Source: Alphaproteobacteria bacterium (GTDB lineage Bacteria; Pseudomonadota; Alphaproteobacteria; MPNO01; UBA830). From it: 64,000 bases of DNA. The stretch spans positions 3,552,001 to 3,616,000 of the forward strand of contig OZ251539.1 of assembly GCA_965243135.1 (NCBI GenBank). Reading direction: 5' to 3'. Under the pieces are notes generated by a model. That model was not told the DNA's origin, did no database searches, and saw only the letters and a program-made list of their open reading frames with translations. The stretch's first letter is position 1; each line of letters opens with the position of its first letter. Position numbers and translations under genes: made by a program. Positions 20,831-30,722 of the stretch are shown piece by piece.

Positions 20831-20913
20831 ACCGGAAGGTAAGCGTTCGCTACCCGGGGGACGAAAAAAATTTGTCCCGGGGACTGGAAACGATTCGGTG
20901 ATCCCTGCGCCTT

Positions 20914-22605
20914 CATGGAGTTGGCGACACCAGATTTAGCTTCGAAGCGACCGACCGACAGTGGGCCTTGCTGCTGGCACTGACCCTCCGGCAGCGCGAC
21001 GAGGCGATTCGGCAGCGCGACGAGGCGTGCCAGGAAGCGGAAGCGTCGCGCTGGAAGGAGGTAAGCGCTCGTCAGCAGGCGACGTTCTGGAAAACGCAGC
21101 ACCGCCGGGCGCGGGGCCGAGGCGGCGCGCAACGAGCTGAAACGCCTGAAGTCTGCCTCTTCGGCGAACGGGCTTAAGCGGGAAGCGGGCCGCCTTCGGC
21201 ACGAGCTTGCGAAGACGAAGAGGCGACTCGACGAGACCGAACGCGAGAACGCCCGCCTGAAAGCGCGCAACCGCAAGCTTGACAAGTTCGGTCGCAAGAG
21301 CGACCGCGCCCGCCGCTCGCGGAAGGGCGGCACGGAACGAGAGGCCCGGCGGCGTCGGGGACGACAGCCCGGGTCGCTGTCGCATGGACGCACGCCGCGC
21401 TTGCCGGTGGAGGTGGAGATCATTGGACCTGGGGAATGCCGCTGCCCGAACTGCGGCAAGCCCTACGCGAGAAACGGAGAAAAGGTCACCGAGTTCGTCG
21501 AAGTCGAGGTTCGCGCCTACAAGCGGCGTTGTCGCCGGCCCCGGTACCGTTCGACATGCTCGTGCGCACCGAAGCAGGAGGTGATCGCTCCGCCGGTGCC
21601 GCGGCTGTTCGCGAACACGCCGTACGGCCTGAGCGTCTGGAACTGGTTTCTGACCGAGACCTACGCCCTTCACCGTCCGTTGCGGTCGTTGCCGCGACAG
21701 TTGTCGATGTTCGACTTCGAAGTCTCGCCGGGTACGCTGGGGGGCAGCGTCAAGCGCTTCGTGCCCTTGTTCGCGCGCCGATGCGATTATCGAACGTCAG
21801 GCAACGGCTAGCCCACGGCGACGAGACGAGCTGGAGGGTTCACATCCGCGGCGAGGAAGGCGAAAATCCCCGTAGTCTGGGTTTGCCAGACTGCCGTGAG
21901 GATGGCCCTTCCCGCAGCGCAGCGGCGGCGCAGAAGTTGTTCGGAGGCCTCGGCGTCGACGAGCCTGTATACCGCGACCGGTACTCCGCTTACAAGAAAC
22001 TGGCGAAGGATTTGCCGGACCAGTTCGTGCTCGTTTACTGCTGGGGTGCGCCGCGACTTCATGGACGCGGTCGCCCCAGCATGAAGTCTTTCGGCGATGA
22101 GTGGGTAGTCAAGGTCTGTATGGTTGGAATGCCGAGCGGTCGCGGCACTGGATCTCCGGGGCGAGCGAACAAACCGCTGCTTTCGACGAGGCGCAACGGG
22201 AGCTTGAGAGCAGCACATTCTTCGACGATGTGCGGCGGCAACTCCACGACCTGCGATGCGCCGCAGCGCAAGCCGTTGCAGTCCTTGCTGCGTCAAGGCT
22301 TGAATATCTTCGTCGACAGCCGTGCCGATGGACAACAGCCGAGCGCACCCTGCGCGGCCCCGCGGTCGGACGTAAACTGTCGTTCGGCTCGTTCAGCGAG
22401 GCGGGAGCGCAACTGGCCGGGCTGCTCTTCTCCATGTACGCTTGAACTGGCTGGCTTCTCGCCGCGCCACTGGCTCCGCGATTATCTGCAAACCTGCGCC
22501 GAGCGTGGCGGACGAGCGCCCGAAGAGGCGCATGCCTGGCTTCCTTGGGGCGCCGACCCGGAGCGCGTCCGCACCTGGCGTGTCGCGGCTCCGCAGGGGC
22601 CATGA
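20914..22605 (+). pseudogene. tnpC: IS66 transposase TnpC, multiply frameshifted
   Basis: Coiled coil, CPNCGK zinc finger, HGDETSW, DRYSAY, AERTLRGPAVGRKLSFGS, WLPW. Confidence 0.88.
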
Positions 22606-23371
22606 GTTCTGCGGGCGGGCCGAGGACGAACTCGACCTGATTCGCGACCGCGCAACGGAACCCGCCTCTCAAACGCACGCCCCTGTCGCGCGTGCGAACG
22701 CCTCGCCTGGCGCAAGCCCAACGGCGGCTTGAAAGACATGAGCGCCCGCGTCGCCCTGCTGGAACGCGACGGCCTCTGCCGCCGTCGCAGGTCCGCCCGC
22801 GTTCGCCGCTCCGCCGTCTCCCGAAACCGAACCGCCCCCGTTCCCAACTCCCGAACGTCAGGTCCGTCCGCTGCGCACCCGTCCGCAACGCCAACGAGGG
22901 TCGGCTCTGGAACGCCTTGATCGACCGCTACCTCGGCTTTACGCCCATGCCCGGTGCGCAGCACTTCGTCCGCTCCGCAGAGGGCGAACCACTGGCCGTG
23001 CTCGGCTTCGGCGCCGCCGCGTGGAAGACCGCACCGCGGGACAAGTTCATCGGTTGGGAGCGCCGCCAGCGCACCTTTCGTCGTCAACAACGCAAGATTA
23101 CTGCCCTGGGTCAGAATCAAACATCTTGCATCCCCTCGCACAGGTCGAGAGGCGTTTGCTCGACGACTGGGACCGTCGCTACGCGTTGCGTCCCGCACTG
23201 CTTGAGAGCTTCTGCGAAAACCCCCGATTCGCGGGCACTTGCTACCGTGCAGCCAACTGGGTCCGGGTCGGCAAAACGCAGGGCCGCGGCAAGCTCGACA
23301 TGAAAAACGAATATGCGCTGCCGGTCAAGGATGCTGAAGCCCCTGCGGCGGGGCTGGAAGAAGATCCTTAA
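22602..23371 (+). pseudogene. DUF4338 (DruA-like) protein, frameshifted
   Basis: LKDMSARVAL, FGAAAWKTAPRDKFIGW, VVNNARL, RFAGTCYRAANW..VGKTQGRGKLD. Confidence 0.85.
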
Positions 23372-23434
23372 TCGCAGACCATCACCCGGGTAGCGAACGC
23401 TTACACCGGAAGAGCCGCGTGCGCTGTTCGTAAC

Positions 23435-23532
23435 GTCTTGAAATGCGGACAGCTTTCCGGGGTGCGGAATTTTTTTACCCCGATTCGGGTACGGAAAACT
23501 GCGAATTCTCCGCGCCGGGACTGCGATTTTCG
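23435..23532. repeat. dispersed ~90-bp repeat, inverted copy at 43040-43125
   Basis: GTCTTGAAAT(G/A)CGGACAGCTTT...GGTACGGAAAACTGCGAATTCTCC(G/A)CGCCGGGA shared. Confidence 0.8.
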
Positions 23533-23730
23533 CAGATTCCACCCCACGGCCGGGTGCCGCCCCTGGCCGCCTGCGTTCAGGCCACGGCCCGGCTTCCACC
23601 GGGTTTGCGGCGCGGCAACCGGATACTCGCCTTTTGTTCTGTGGACTGAGCGCCCGCGAGGCCCTTGCGGGCCGCCGGCGGGCGGGCGGAGCGGCTCGCG
23701 GGGTGCCGACCGGGCGGCAGGCCGACAAAA

Positions 23731-23787
23731 ATGGCACAGCGCAAACGGCTCCGGAAGGAGCGTCCATGCTTCGGAGCTGATAGGGGG
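23731..23787. mobile_element. junction of a diverged IS1111 left end and the IS30 IR half-site
   Basis: ATGGCACAGCGC...GGAGCGTCCAT-GCTTCG-GAGCTGATAGGGGG parallels 12312-12370. Confidence 0.65.
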
Positions 23788-23849
23788 TTGTATGGTGTAG
23801 CGCAACAAGATACAATTCTTGGCTTCTATTGTTCTCGAAGGACTGTCCC

Positions 23850-26800
23850 ATGCTGCTACAATCAGAGATTCCCTCGCATCCTGGTATCTTTCTCAGGAAA
23901 CATGTGATTCCCTCGGGCATGTCGGTGACAGATGCCGCGAAGAGGCTGGAGGTGGGTCGCCCGGCCCTTTCGAACCTGCTGAACGGCAAATCGTCGCTGT
24001 CTCCCAGGATGGCTACCCGGCTGGAAAAAGCGTTTGGGGCCAATAGCCGGAAACTGCTCGATCTGCAGGCGGCGTTCGACCGCCACAGTTGGCGGAAGGA
24101 CGAGACTGCTGTCGCTGCGTATGTCCCGCCTTTCCTGACCATCACAGCCCGGCAAATCCACGGGTGGGCGGACAGCAATATCGAAGCCCGCCGCCTGTTG
24201 CCGGTGCTGTTGCGCAAGCTGATCCATTCGACCGTGCACGACCTTCACCATGTTGACTTTCCCGGGTACGACAACGCAGAGCGCAGGGGGTGGGACGGTC
24301 TGGTCGAGGCTGGCGCAGCGACGTCTTGGGTTCCCGAAGGCAAGTCCGGCTGGGAATTCAGCGCCAACAAGGATCCGCGCAGAAAGGCTGAGAGAGACTA
24401 CGAGGCCCGAGTCCGCTCCATTCCCCCGGCCGAAAGGATGGATTGCACCTTTGTCTTCGTTACGCTGCAGAACTGGCCCGGCAAGACCAATTGGATCAAG
24501 AACAAACGGTCGGCAGATCATTGGAAGGACGTAAGGGCGCTCGACGCAAGTGATTTGGAGCAGTGGCTGGAACAGTCCATTCCCGCCCGTATGTGGCTCG
24601 CCGAGCAATTTGGCGAGCCGGGCACCGGTTTCGAGACGCTCGATAGATGTTGGCGGCGTTGGGCGGAAGCGAGCAACCCGGCATTGACGCCTGCGATATT
24701 CGGCCCCTCGCTCACCGCCTACCGAAACACCTTCAATGAATGGCTCGGGAAACCGAGCGAACGTACATTCACGGTCGCCGCAGATTCCAAGGACGAGGCG
24801 CTAGCGTTCCTCTCATGTCTGTTTCAGGAAGACGACATCGCTGGGCGACGGCAGGATCTTGCAGCGGTGTTCGACTCGGTAGAGACGTTGCGGAAGTTGG
24901 CGATGTCGAATGCGCCGTTCCTCCCGGTCGTCCACACCGATGCGGTCGAACGCGAACTAGCCTCCATCTATCGTGCACGGCATTGCATCGTTGTCCGCCC
25001 CCGTAATGCCGTCGATTCGAAACCCGATATCGCTGTCGGCCCTCTTGACCACGATGCGTTCAAGAAAGCGCTTACCAGTATGGGCCTTGACTCCGACGAG
25101 GCGGACCGGCTGACGAGAGAGTCGGGGCGTTCGCCGACAATCCTGCGACGGCGGCTTTCCAAGATCGACGCCATCAGAAGGCCAGCATGGTCCGAGGATG
25201 CGGACATCGCGAGAGGGTTGATCCCGATGGCTCTGGTCGGAGCGTGGTGCGAGAGCGCGAACGCTGACCAAGAGATTCTGTCCATCTGGAGAGACGGAGG
25301 CTATGAGCAAATAGAAGAAAACATCACGCATTTGCTGCGCCTCGACGATAGCCCTGTCTGGTCGGTCGGGCAGTATCGCGGTATCGCCTCGAAGATCGAC
25401 GCCTTGTTCGCTATCCGCGGGTACGTGACTAAAAAAAACCTCGACGATTTCTTCTGTATCGCCGAGTATGTTCTGTCCGAAACCGACCCAGCGCTTGAGC
25501 TACCGGAAAGCGAGAGATGGGCCGCTGGACTTCACGGCAAGGTGCGCAACCATTCTACGGCGTTGCGCAACGGCATTTGCGAAACCCTCGTTCTACTCTC
25601 CGTCCACGGTAAAAATTTATTTCAGGATAGGCTCAGTATAGACGCCGAGGCGCATGTTGCGGCGCTGATCCACAAGCTACTTACACCATTAACTCTCGAC
25701 ACTTTGCTCTCGCACAGCAAGGAGCTTCCTTACTATGCGGAAGCCGCGCCGGAGCAATTCCTGAACCTGGTCGAGATGGATCTTCAACAACCCGCTCCGG
25801 TTGTGCACGGTTTGTTGAAGCCCGCCGACAGCGGCCCATTCGCTGGCGGATGTCCGAGAACCGGGCTTCTGTGGGCCTTGGAATGCCTTGCTTGGAAACA
25901 CCTTTGGCGTGTGAGCGTGATACTCGCACGGCTGTCGAAAACTGCAATCCATGACAATTGGATCAACAAGCCGATCACCAGTCTTCAGGCGATCTATCGT
26001 TTCTGGCGGCCGCAAACAGCCGCTTCACTCGATGATCGGAATCAGGCATTGGAAACGCTGACGAAGCGGTTTCCTGAAATCGGCTGGGATGTCTGCATCA
26101 CACAGCTGAACACCGGTCCGCAAGTGGCATTGCCTTTTCAGCGGCCGCGCTGGCGTGGCGATGCTTTGGGTGCCGGTCATATGCCTCTGCCGCAAGAAAT
26201 CCGCGACTTCATGCAAAAGACGCTCAATCTCGTGCTCGCGTGGCCAGAGCATGATTGGAAGACACTCGGCGACCTCGTCGAACGGGTCGAGGAAATGCCT
26301 TGCATGGCTCAAAACAAGGTTTGGAGCTTGATCAGTGGATGGGCGGAGTTGGAAACCGACGACCGGGCTAAGGCCAAGCTTCGGAACCGGATTCGCCGGT
26401 TCGCGTTGACGCGCTACGGACAGAGAAACCTGAATAACGAAATCAAAAATCGAGCGCGCTTGACATATGCAAAGCTAGAGCCGAGCGATCTCGTCATTCG
26501 ACATTCTTGGCTCTTCGCTAATCATCGGGTCAATTTTTATGACGACGAGGACGAAGATATTGATTACGATGAACACGCAGAGAAAATTCGGCAGCTCCGC
26601 GTCTCGGCGATCAATGAGATATGGATGGAGCGCGCATTCGAAGGTGTTACAACACTCCTATCCGATAATTGTGCGGCTAGCGTAGTAGGAAAGTCCTTGG
26701 CGTCGACCCTTGTGAACACGAGGGCGCGTGTCGATTTTCTGCGGCAATGTATCTCTGCCGCCACCATCATCGAGAAGCAGCTGGATGACTGTGTTCGGGA

Positions 26801-27908
26801 TTTCCTATTATCCATCGGCGACGAAGAGTGTGAAGCGGTGCTCTTGGCTGCTATCGAAGAAGCGGGTACCGAGGGAACCGTACGGTTGTTGCGATGCGCA
26901 CCCTTCGCACAGCGCACATGGCTTCTTCTTGATCGATACGGAGAGCACATACGCGCTCGATATTGGCGGGAAGTCACCCCAAGATGGAACTGTCACGGCA
27001 ACGCAGAACTGTGCGAGCTCGTCGACCGCTTGCTTGAAGCGAAACGTCCCCGCGCCGCTTTCAATACGGTATACTTGGACTGGTCACGGATAGAAACATC
27101 GCGGTTGAAACGTCTCCTTTTCGACGTTGGCACCGTCTATTCCGAGCCTAATGATCGTTATGTGCTTGAACCTTACCAGATTTCGGAAGCGTTAAGCGCG
27201 CTTGACGGTCGTCCCGGAGTGACACCGGATGAAATGGTGCAACTCGAATTTATGTTTATCGAGGCTCTCCGTTGGAGCAAGCACCGCATCCCGAATCTTG
27301 AGCGCCATATCGCCGAATCACCTCTTTTTTTCGTTCAGGTGTTGGCTCTCATGACCAAACGGGACGATGACGGAGAAGATCCGCCCGAATGGCGGACCTG
27401 GGATCCGGAACGTGGCACGGCGCGGACCTCCCCCTACAGTCTTCTAGATCGAATTAACCATCTCCCGGGAACATCAGGAGATGGAAAGATTGACATCCAA
27501 ACATTGGCTGATTGGGTAACGGAGGCGCGGCGACTTTGCGCTGACCACGGCCGCGCCAAGATCGGTGATCATTACATCGGTCAGCTTCTTTCTAGAGCTT
27601 CCGCCGAGGAGGACGGCTCTTGGCCATGCCTGCCGGTTTGTGAGGCGATGGAAAGGAATGCCTCTTCCGCGATGGGCCAAGGTTTTAGAACTGGTGTCAT
27701 GAATGCACGCGGCGTAACCATGCGAGAGCTAGGAGAGGGAGGCGCAAAGGAACGCGAACTCGCTGAGAAGTATCGGGACTGGGCAAGTCGACGCGCTATC
27801 GATTGTCCCTACATAAGCAACATTCTCGAAGGAATCGCGGCCTTTTACGACTGGAACGCGAAGCGAGAGGATGACGAGGCGAAAATCGAAGAGCGGTTGG
27901 GGTATTGA
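23850..27908 (+). CDS. HigA-like HTH fused to a large putative defence protein (restriction-endonuclease-like N-terminal region, helical C-terminus), 1352 aa
   Basis: N-terminal HPG.FL....MSVTDAAKRLEVGRPALSNLLNG...SPRMA.RLEKAFG, then GWDG...GWEFSANK (PD-(D/E)xK-like); intact long ORF. Confidence 0.8.
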   Translation: MLLQSEIPSHPGIFLRKHVIPSGMSVTDAAKRLEVGRPALSNLLNGKSSLSPRMATRLEKAFGANSRKLLDLQAAFDRHSWRKDETAVAAYVPPFLTITARQIHGWADSNIEARRLLPVLLRKLIHSTVHDLHHVDFPGYDNAERRGWDGLVEAGAATSWVPEGKSGWEFSANKDPRRKAERDYEARVRSIPPAERMDCTFVFVTLQNWPGKTNWIKNKRSADHWKDVRALDASDLEQWLEQSIPARMWLAEQFGEPGTGFETLDRCWRRWAEASNPALTPAIFGPSLTAYRNTFNEWLGKPSERTFTVAADSKDEALAFLSCLFQEDDIAGRRQDLAAVFDSVETLRKLAMSNAPFLPVVHTDAVERELASIYRARHCIVVRPRNAVDSKPDIAVGPLDHDAFKKALTSMGLDSDEADRLTRESGRSPTILRRRLSKIDAIRRPAWSEDADIARGLIPMALVGAWCESANADQEILSIWRDGGYEQIEENITHLLRLDDSPVWSVGQYRGIASKIDALFAIRGYVTKKNLDDFFCIAEYVLSETDPALELPESERWAAGLHGKVRNHSTALRNGICETLVLLSVHGKNLFQDRLSIDAEAHVAALIHKLLTPLTLDTLLSHSKELPYYAEAAPEQFLNLVEMDLQQPAPVVHGLLKPADSGPFAGGCPRTGLLWALECLAWKHLWRVSVILARLSKTAIHDNWINKPITSLQAIYRFWRPQTAASLDDRNQALETLTKRFPEIGWDVCITQLNTGPQVALPFQRPRWRGDALGAGHMPLPQEIRDFMQKTLNLVLAWPEHDWKTLGDLVERVEEMPCMAQNKVWSLISGWAELETDDRAKAKLRNRIRRFALTRYGQRNLNNEIKNRARLTYAKLEPSDLVIRHSWLFANHRVNFYDDEDEDIDYDEHAEKIRQLRVSAINEIWMERAFEGVTTLLSDNCAASVVGKSLASTLVNTRARVDFLRQCISAATIIEKQLDDCVRDFLLSIGDEECEAVLLAAIEEAGTEGTVRLLRCAPFAQRTWLLLDRYGEHIRARYWREVTPRWNCHGNAELCELVDRLLEAKRPRAAFNTVYLDWSRIETSRLKRLLFDVGTVYSEPNDRYVLEPYQISEALSALDGRPGVTPDEMVQLEFMFIEALRWSKHRIPNLERHIAESPLFFVQVLALMTKRDDDGEDPPEWRTWDPERGTARTSPYSLLDRINHLPGTSGDGKIDIQTLADWVTEARRLCADHGRAKIGDHYIGQLLSRASAEEDGSWPCLPVCEAMERNASSAMGQGFRTGVMNARGVTMRELGEGGAKERELAEKYRDWASRRAIDCPYISNILEGIAAFYDWNAKREDDEAKIEERLGY

Positions 27909-28020
27909 TCCCAGCGGTCGTCCCGCACGGCCGCTGGTACCTCAGCAAGTAGGATGCCGGCGCTATTGACAGCGCCTAGAGCGGGCGGGAATCGCCGACG
28001 GCCCGGACGAAGTAGCGCTA

Positions 28021-29193
28021 GTGTCCTGATTCCGAAGTTCATATATTTTTGACTTGGTTTTGGGCAGTTTCCAGCGTTCGCAGGCAAAACCGCTGAATCG
28101 AGGCCAGAATTTCGTCCGCCGATTTGGTCCAGCGGAACGGTTTCGGATCGTCGTTGACGGTGTCGATATAGGCGTGGATGGCCTGCTCGAGGTCGGCGGT
28201 CGACCGGTGTACGCCCCGCCTCAGTTGCTTTTCCGTCAACAGGCCGAAGAAGCGTTCGACCTGGTTGATCCACGAAGCGGATGTCGGGGTGAAGTGGACA
28301 TGCCAACGCGGGCGCTTGGCGAACCAGTTGCGGATGGCATCCGTCTTGTGGGTCGCGTAGTTGTCCATGTGGATGTCGAGGTCGGGCGGCACGTTGTCTT
28401 CTATGTAGTTGAGGAACTTGCGGAATTCTTCGCTGCGATGGCGGCGGAAGCACTTGCCGATCACCTTGCCGGTGGCGACATCCAAGGCGGCGAACAGAGA
28501 GGTCGTGCCGTTGCGCTTGTAGTCGTGGGTCCGCCGTTCCGCTTGCCCGGGCCGCATCGGCAACAGCGGTTGCGTGCGGTCGAGGGCTTGCACCTGGCTT
28601 TTCTCGTCGACGCTCAACACCAGCGCCCGCTCCGGCGGGTCGAGATACAAGCCCACGATGTCCCGCACCTTCTCGACGAACAGCGGGTCCTTCGACAGCT
28701 TGAAGGTCTCGCCGCGATGGGGTTTCAGGCAGAAGGCACGCCAGATGCGATGGATGGTCGAGGGGGCGTAGCCCACCGCCCCGGACATGGAGCGCAGGCT
28801 CCAGTGGGTGGCGCCCGGCGGCGTTTCCTCCAGTGTCCGGCGAACCACATCGGCGATGTCGTCGTCGCCGATGCGGCGCGGCGCGCCAGGGCGCGGCTCG
28901 TCGTAGAGGCCGTCGAGGCGACGCTCCGCGAAACGGCGCCGCCACTTGCCCACCGTTGCCTGGGTCATCTTCAGTTTGGCCGCGATCTCCTTGTTGGCCA
29001 ACCCTTCCGCCGCCGCAAGCACGATGCGGGCGCGCCGCGCCAGCGCCTGCGCAGTCCTGTGGCTCCGCCCGAGGCTTTCAAGCTCCTTGCGTTCCTCGTC
29101 CGTCAACTCGACTTTCACTGCTCTGTTCGCCATCATGCGGTCTCCTAGGCTGAGGTCGCAACTATTATTGCACGAATTTCTCGATCAGGACAC
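28021..29193 (-). mobile_element. IS630-family element
   Basis: IRs GTGTCCTGAT / ATCAGGACAC; TA duplication (28019-20, 29194-95) in a palindromic cgcTAgcg site. Confidence 0.93.
28039..29133 (-). CDS. IS630 transposase
   Basis: [46 protein letters not shown]. Confidence 0.95.
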   Translation of the reverse strand: MANRAVKVELTDEERKELESLGRSHRTAQALARRARIVLAAAEGLANKEIAAKLKMTQATVGKWRRRFAERRLDGLYDEPRPGAPRRIGDDDIADVVRRTLEETPPGATHWSLRSMSGAVGYAPSTIHRIWRAFCLKPHRGETFKLSKDPLFVEKVRDIVGLYLDPPERALVLSVDEKSQVQALDRTQPLLPMRPGQAERRTHDYKRNGTTSLFAALDVATGKVIGKCFRRHRSEEFRKFLNYIEDNVPPDLDIHMDNYATHKTDAIRNWFAKRPRWHVHFTPTSASWINQVERFFGLLTEKQLRRGVHRSTADLEQAIHAYIDTVNDDPKPFRWTKSADEILASIQRFCLRTLETAQNQVKNI

Positions 29194-29446
29194 TAGCGAG
29201 CGGCGAACTCATGCAAGAAGCGGCCCTCGTCCGCGTTCCGGCTCCACGGGTTGAGCGTTGGCAGGCCGTTCGGGAGCCGAGGGCCCCTGTCGCAGGAACG
29301 GACACGGGCAGGTGGGGGAGCGTGTCGTGGCGGTGGCCAGGCCCTTGTTGAAAGAACCTATCGGGTCGGATATAATCAGAAGCTCTCTCGTCGAGACAGA
29401 ATGTTCTTCGGCGGAACAGAATTAGGAAAACCTTGGAGAATGAGAA

Positions 29447-29782
29447 ATGCCCAAAATGATCCCTTGGGATAGCCCAAAGCGTAACCACGGTGCGGCAACA
29501 TCGGATTTCGCGAAGATCGCTGCCGACGTACAGTCGCGTGGTCTGCCAAAACCAGTAAGTAGCGGTAACTTCCAGATCACGATCCGGAATCCTTCCAAAT
29601 CAAGTGACCCGCGCACGGTGTACCTCGGAAAGCGCAGAAGGGAACGGGATCACCAACCCGGCAAGCCTTGGTACATCGAGTGGGAAACGTCAGGACCTGC
29701 TCCGAGAGATGAGCGCATGAAAAAATACTGTTTTGCCAATCCGCGCGAAGTGATCAAGTGGCTCCAAACTTTCGGCTTCTGA
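29447..29782 (+). CDS. hypothetical protein (111 aa), duplicated as a pseudogene at 55471
   Basis: Intact ORF with GGAG RBS; decayed paralogue in the window. Confidence 0.65.
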   Translation: MPKMIPWDSPKRNHGAATSDFAKIAADVQSRGLPKPVSSGNFQITIRNPSKSSDPRTVYLGKRRRERDHQPGKPWYIEWETSGPAPRDERMKKYCFANPREVIKWLQTFGF

Positions 29783-29882
29783 TCGTTCGTTCCGATCGCC
29801 GATGACGCTCCCTGCTGTTTCTTTCCGCAAATCACGCCCGATACTTTAATTCAGAGAAAATTGACTGTGAATTTGGTCCGCT

Positions 29883-30710
29883 ATGGCAATAAATACTCCA
29901 ATATATGTAATCAACCTTGATCAAGATACGGATCGATTAGCGTCGATAACGGAACGTCTGAATCATCTAAAGCTCCCTTTTAAGCGTTTTTCCGCCTACC
30001 GAGGGAAAAATATACCAGATCACCTAAAATCAGAATTTTTTCTTGATCGGTCTTGTTCCCTTCAAGATGGCGAAGTTGGCTGCTATGCGAGTCATCTTGA
30101 TTGTATGAAGCGTTTCATTGATACTGGTCTCCCATCAGCGATAATATTGGAAGACGATGTGGATTTTCATCCGGATTTTTCTCGGCTGATTTCGGAATTT
30201 TGCAAGCTGCCTCCTGATCTGGACATTCTTCGCCTGAGCAGCGTACCCAAGTATTCTTATGTACCTGTCGGCACTATAGAACCCTGTTTCGAATTGGTCA
30301 AATACTCAAAAATTCCCCATAGCACAGGCGGTTACTATATTACGCATTGTGGCGCGCAAAAATTTGTTCGATTTCAAAAACCGAGAACTAACCCGCTAGA
30401 TATCGATATGCGACATGCATGGACTCGTAACCTGATCACTTACGGAATCAGCCCACAAGTGGTTTCGCACGTAACCGGATTCTCATCGTCTATTGAAAAA
30501 GTGAATTCTAAATTAGATCCTAAAAAGCGACGCAGATCGGTTTTTTCCTTTTCAGAATCATTTACCAAACGAATTTGTTTCAATATTCGTTTTTTGTCAT
30601 TCCGTTTTTGGTTTTTTTGTCTCTTGAGGAATTTCTATATCCAAATTTATCGTCGTTTAAGAAAAAATGTTCCTAACTCAATCAAGCGGATTAAACCAGA
30701 TATTCACTAG
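29883..30710 (+). CDS. glycosyltransferase family 25 (LPS/LOS)
   Basis: YVINLD..DR, GEVGCYASH, ILEDD, TGGYYIT, PLD. Confidence 0.92.
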   Translation: MAINTPIYVINLDQDTDRLASITERLNHLKLPFKRFSAYRGKNIPDHLKSEFFLDRSCSLQDGEVGCYASHLDCMKRFIDTGLPSAIILEDDVDFHPDFSRLISEFCKLPPDLDILRLSSVPKYSYVPVGTIEPCFELVKYSKIPHSTGGYYITHCGAQKFVRFQKPRTNPLDIDMRHAWTRNLITYGISPQVVSHVTGFSSSIEKVNSKLDPKKRRRSVFSFSESFTKRICFNIRFLSFRFWFFCLLRNFYIQIYRRLRKNVPNSIKRIKPDIH

Positions 30711-30722
30711 GAATGGAGATGG

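Larger units (their letters stand above)
20839..23404 (+). mobile_element. IS66-family element (tnpC + DUF4338), decayed
   Basis: Perfect 20-bp IR GTAAGCGTTCGCTACCCGGG; 8-bp TSD ACCGGAAG at 20831-20838 and 23405-23412. Confidence 0.93.
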
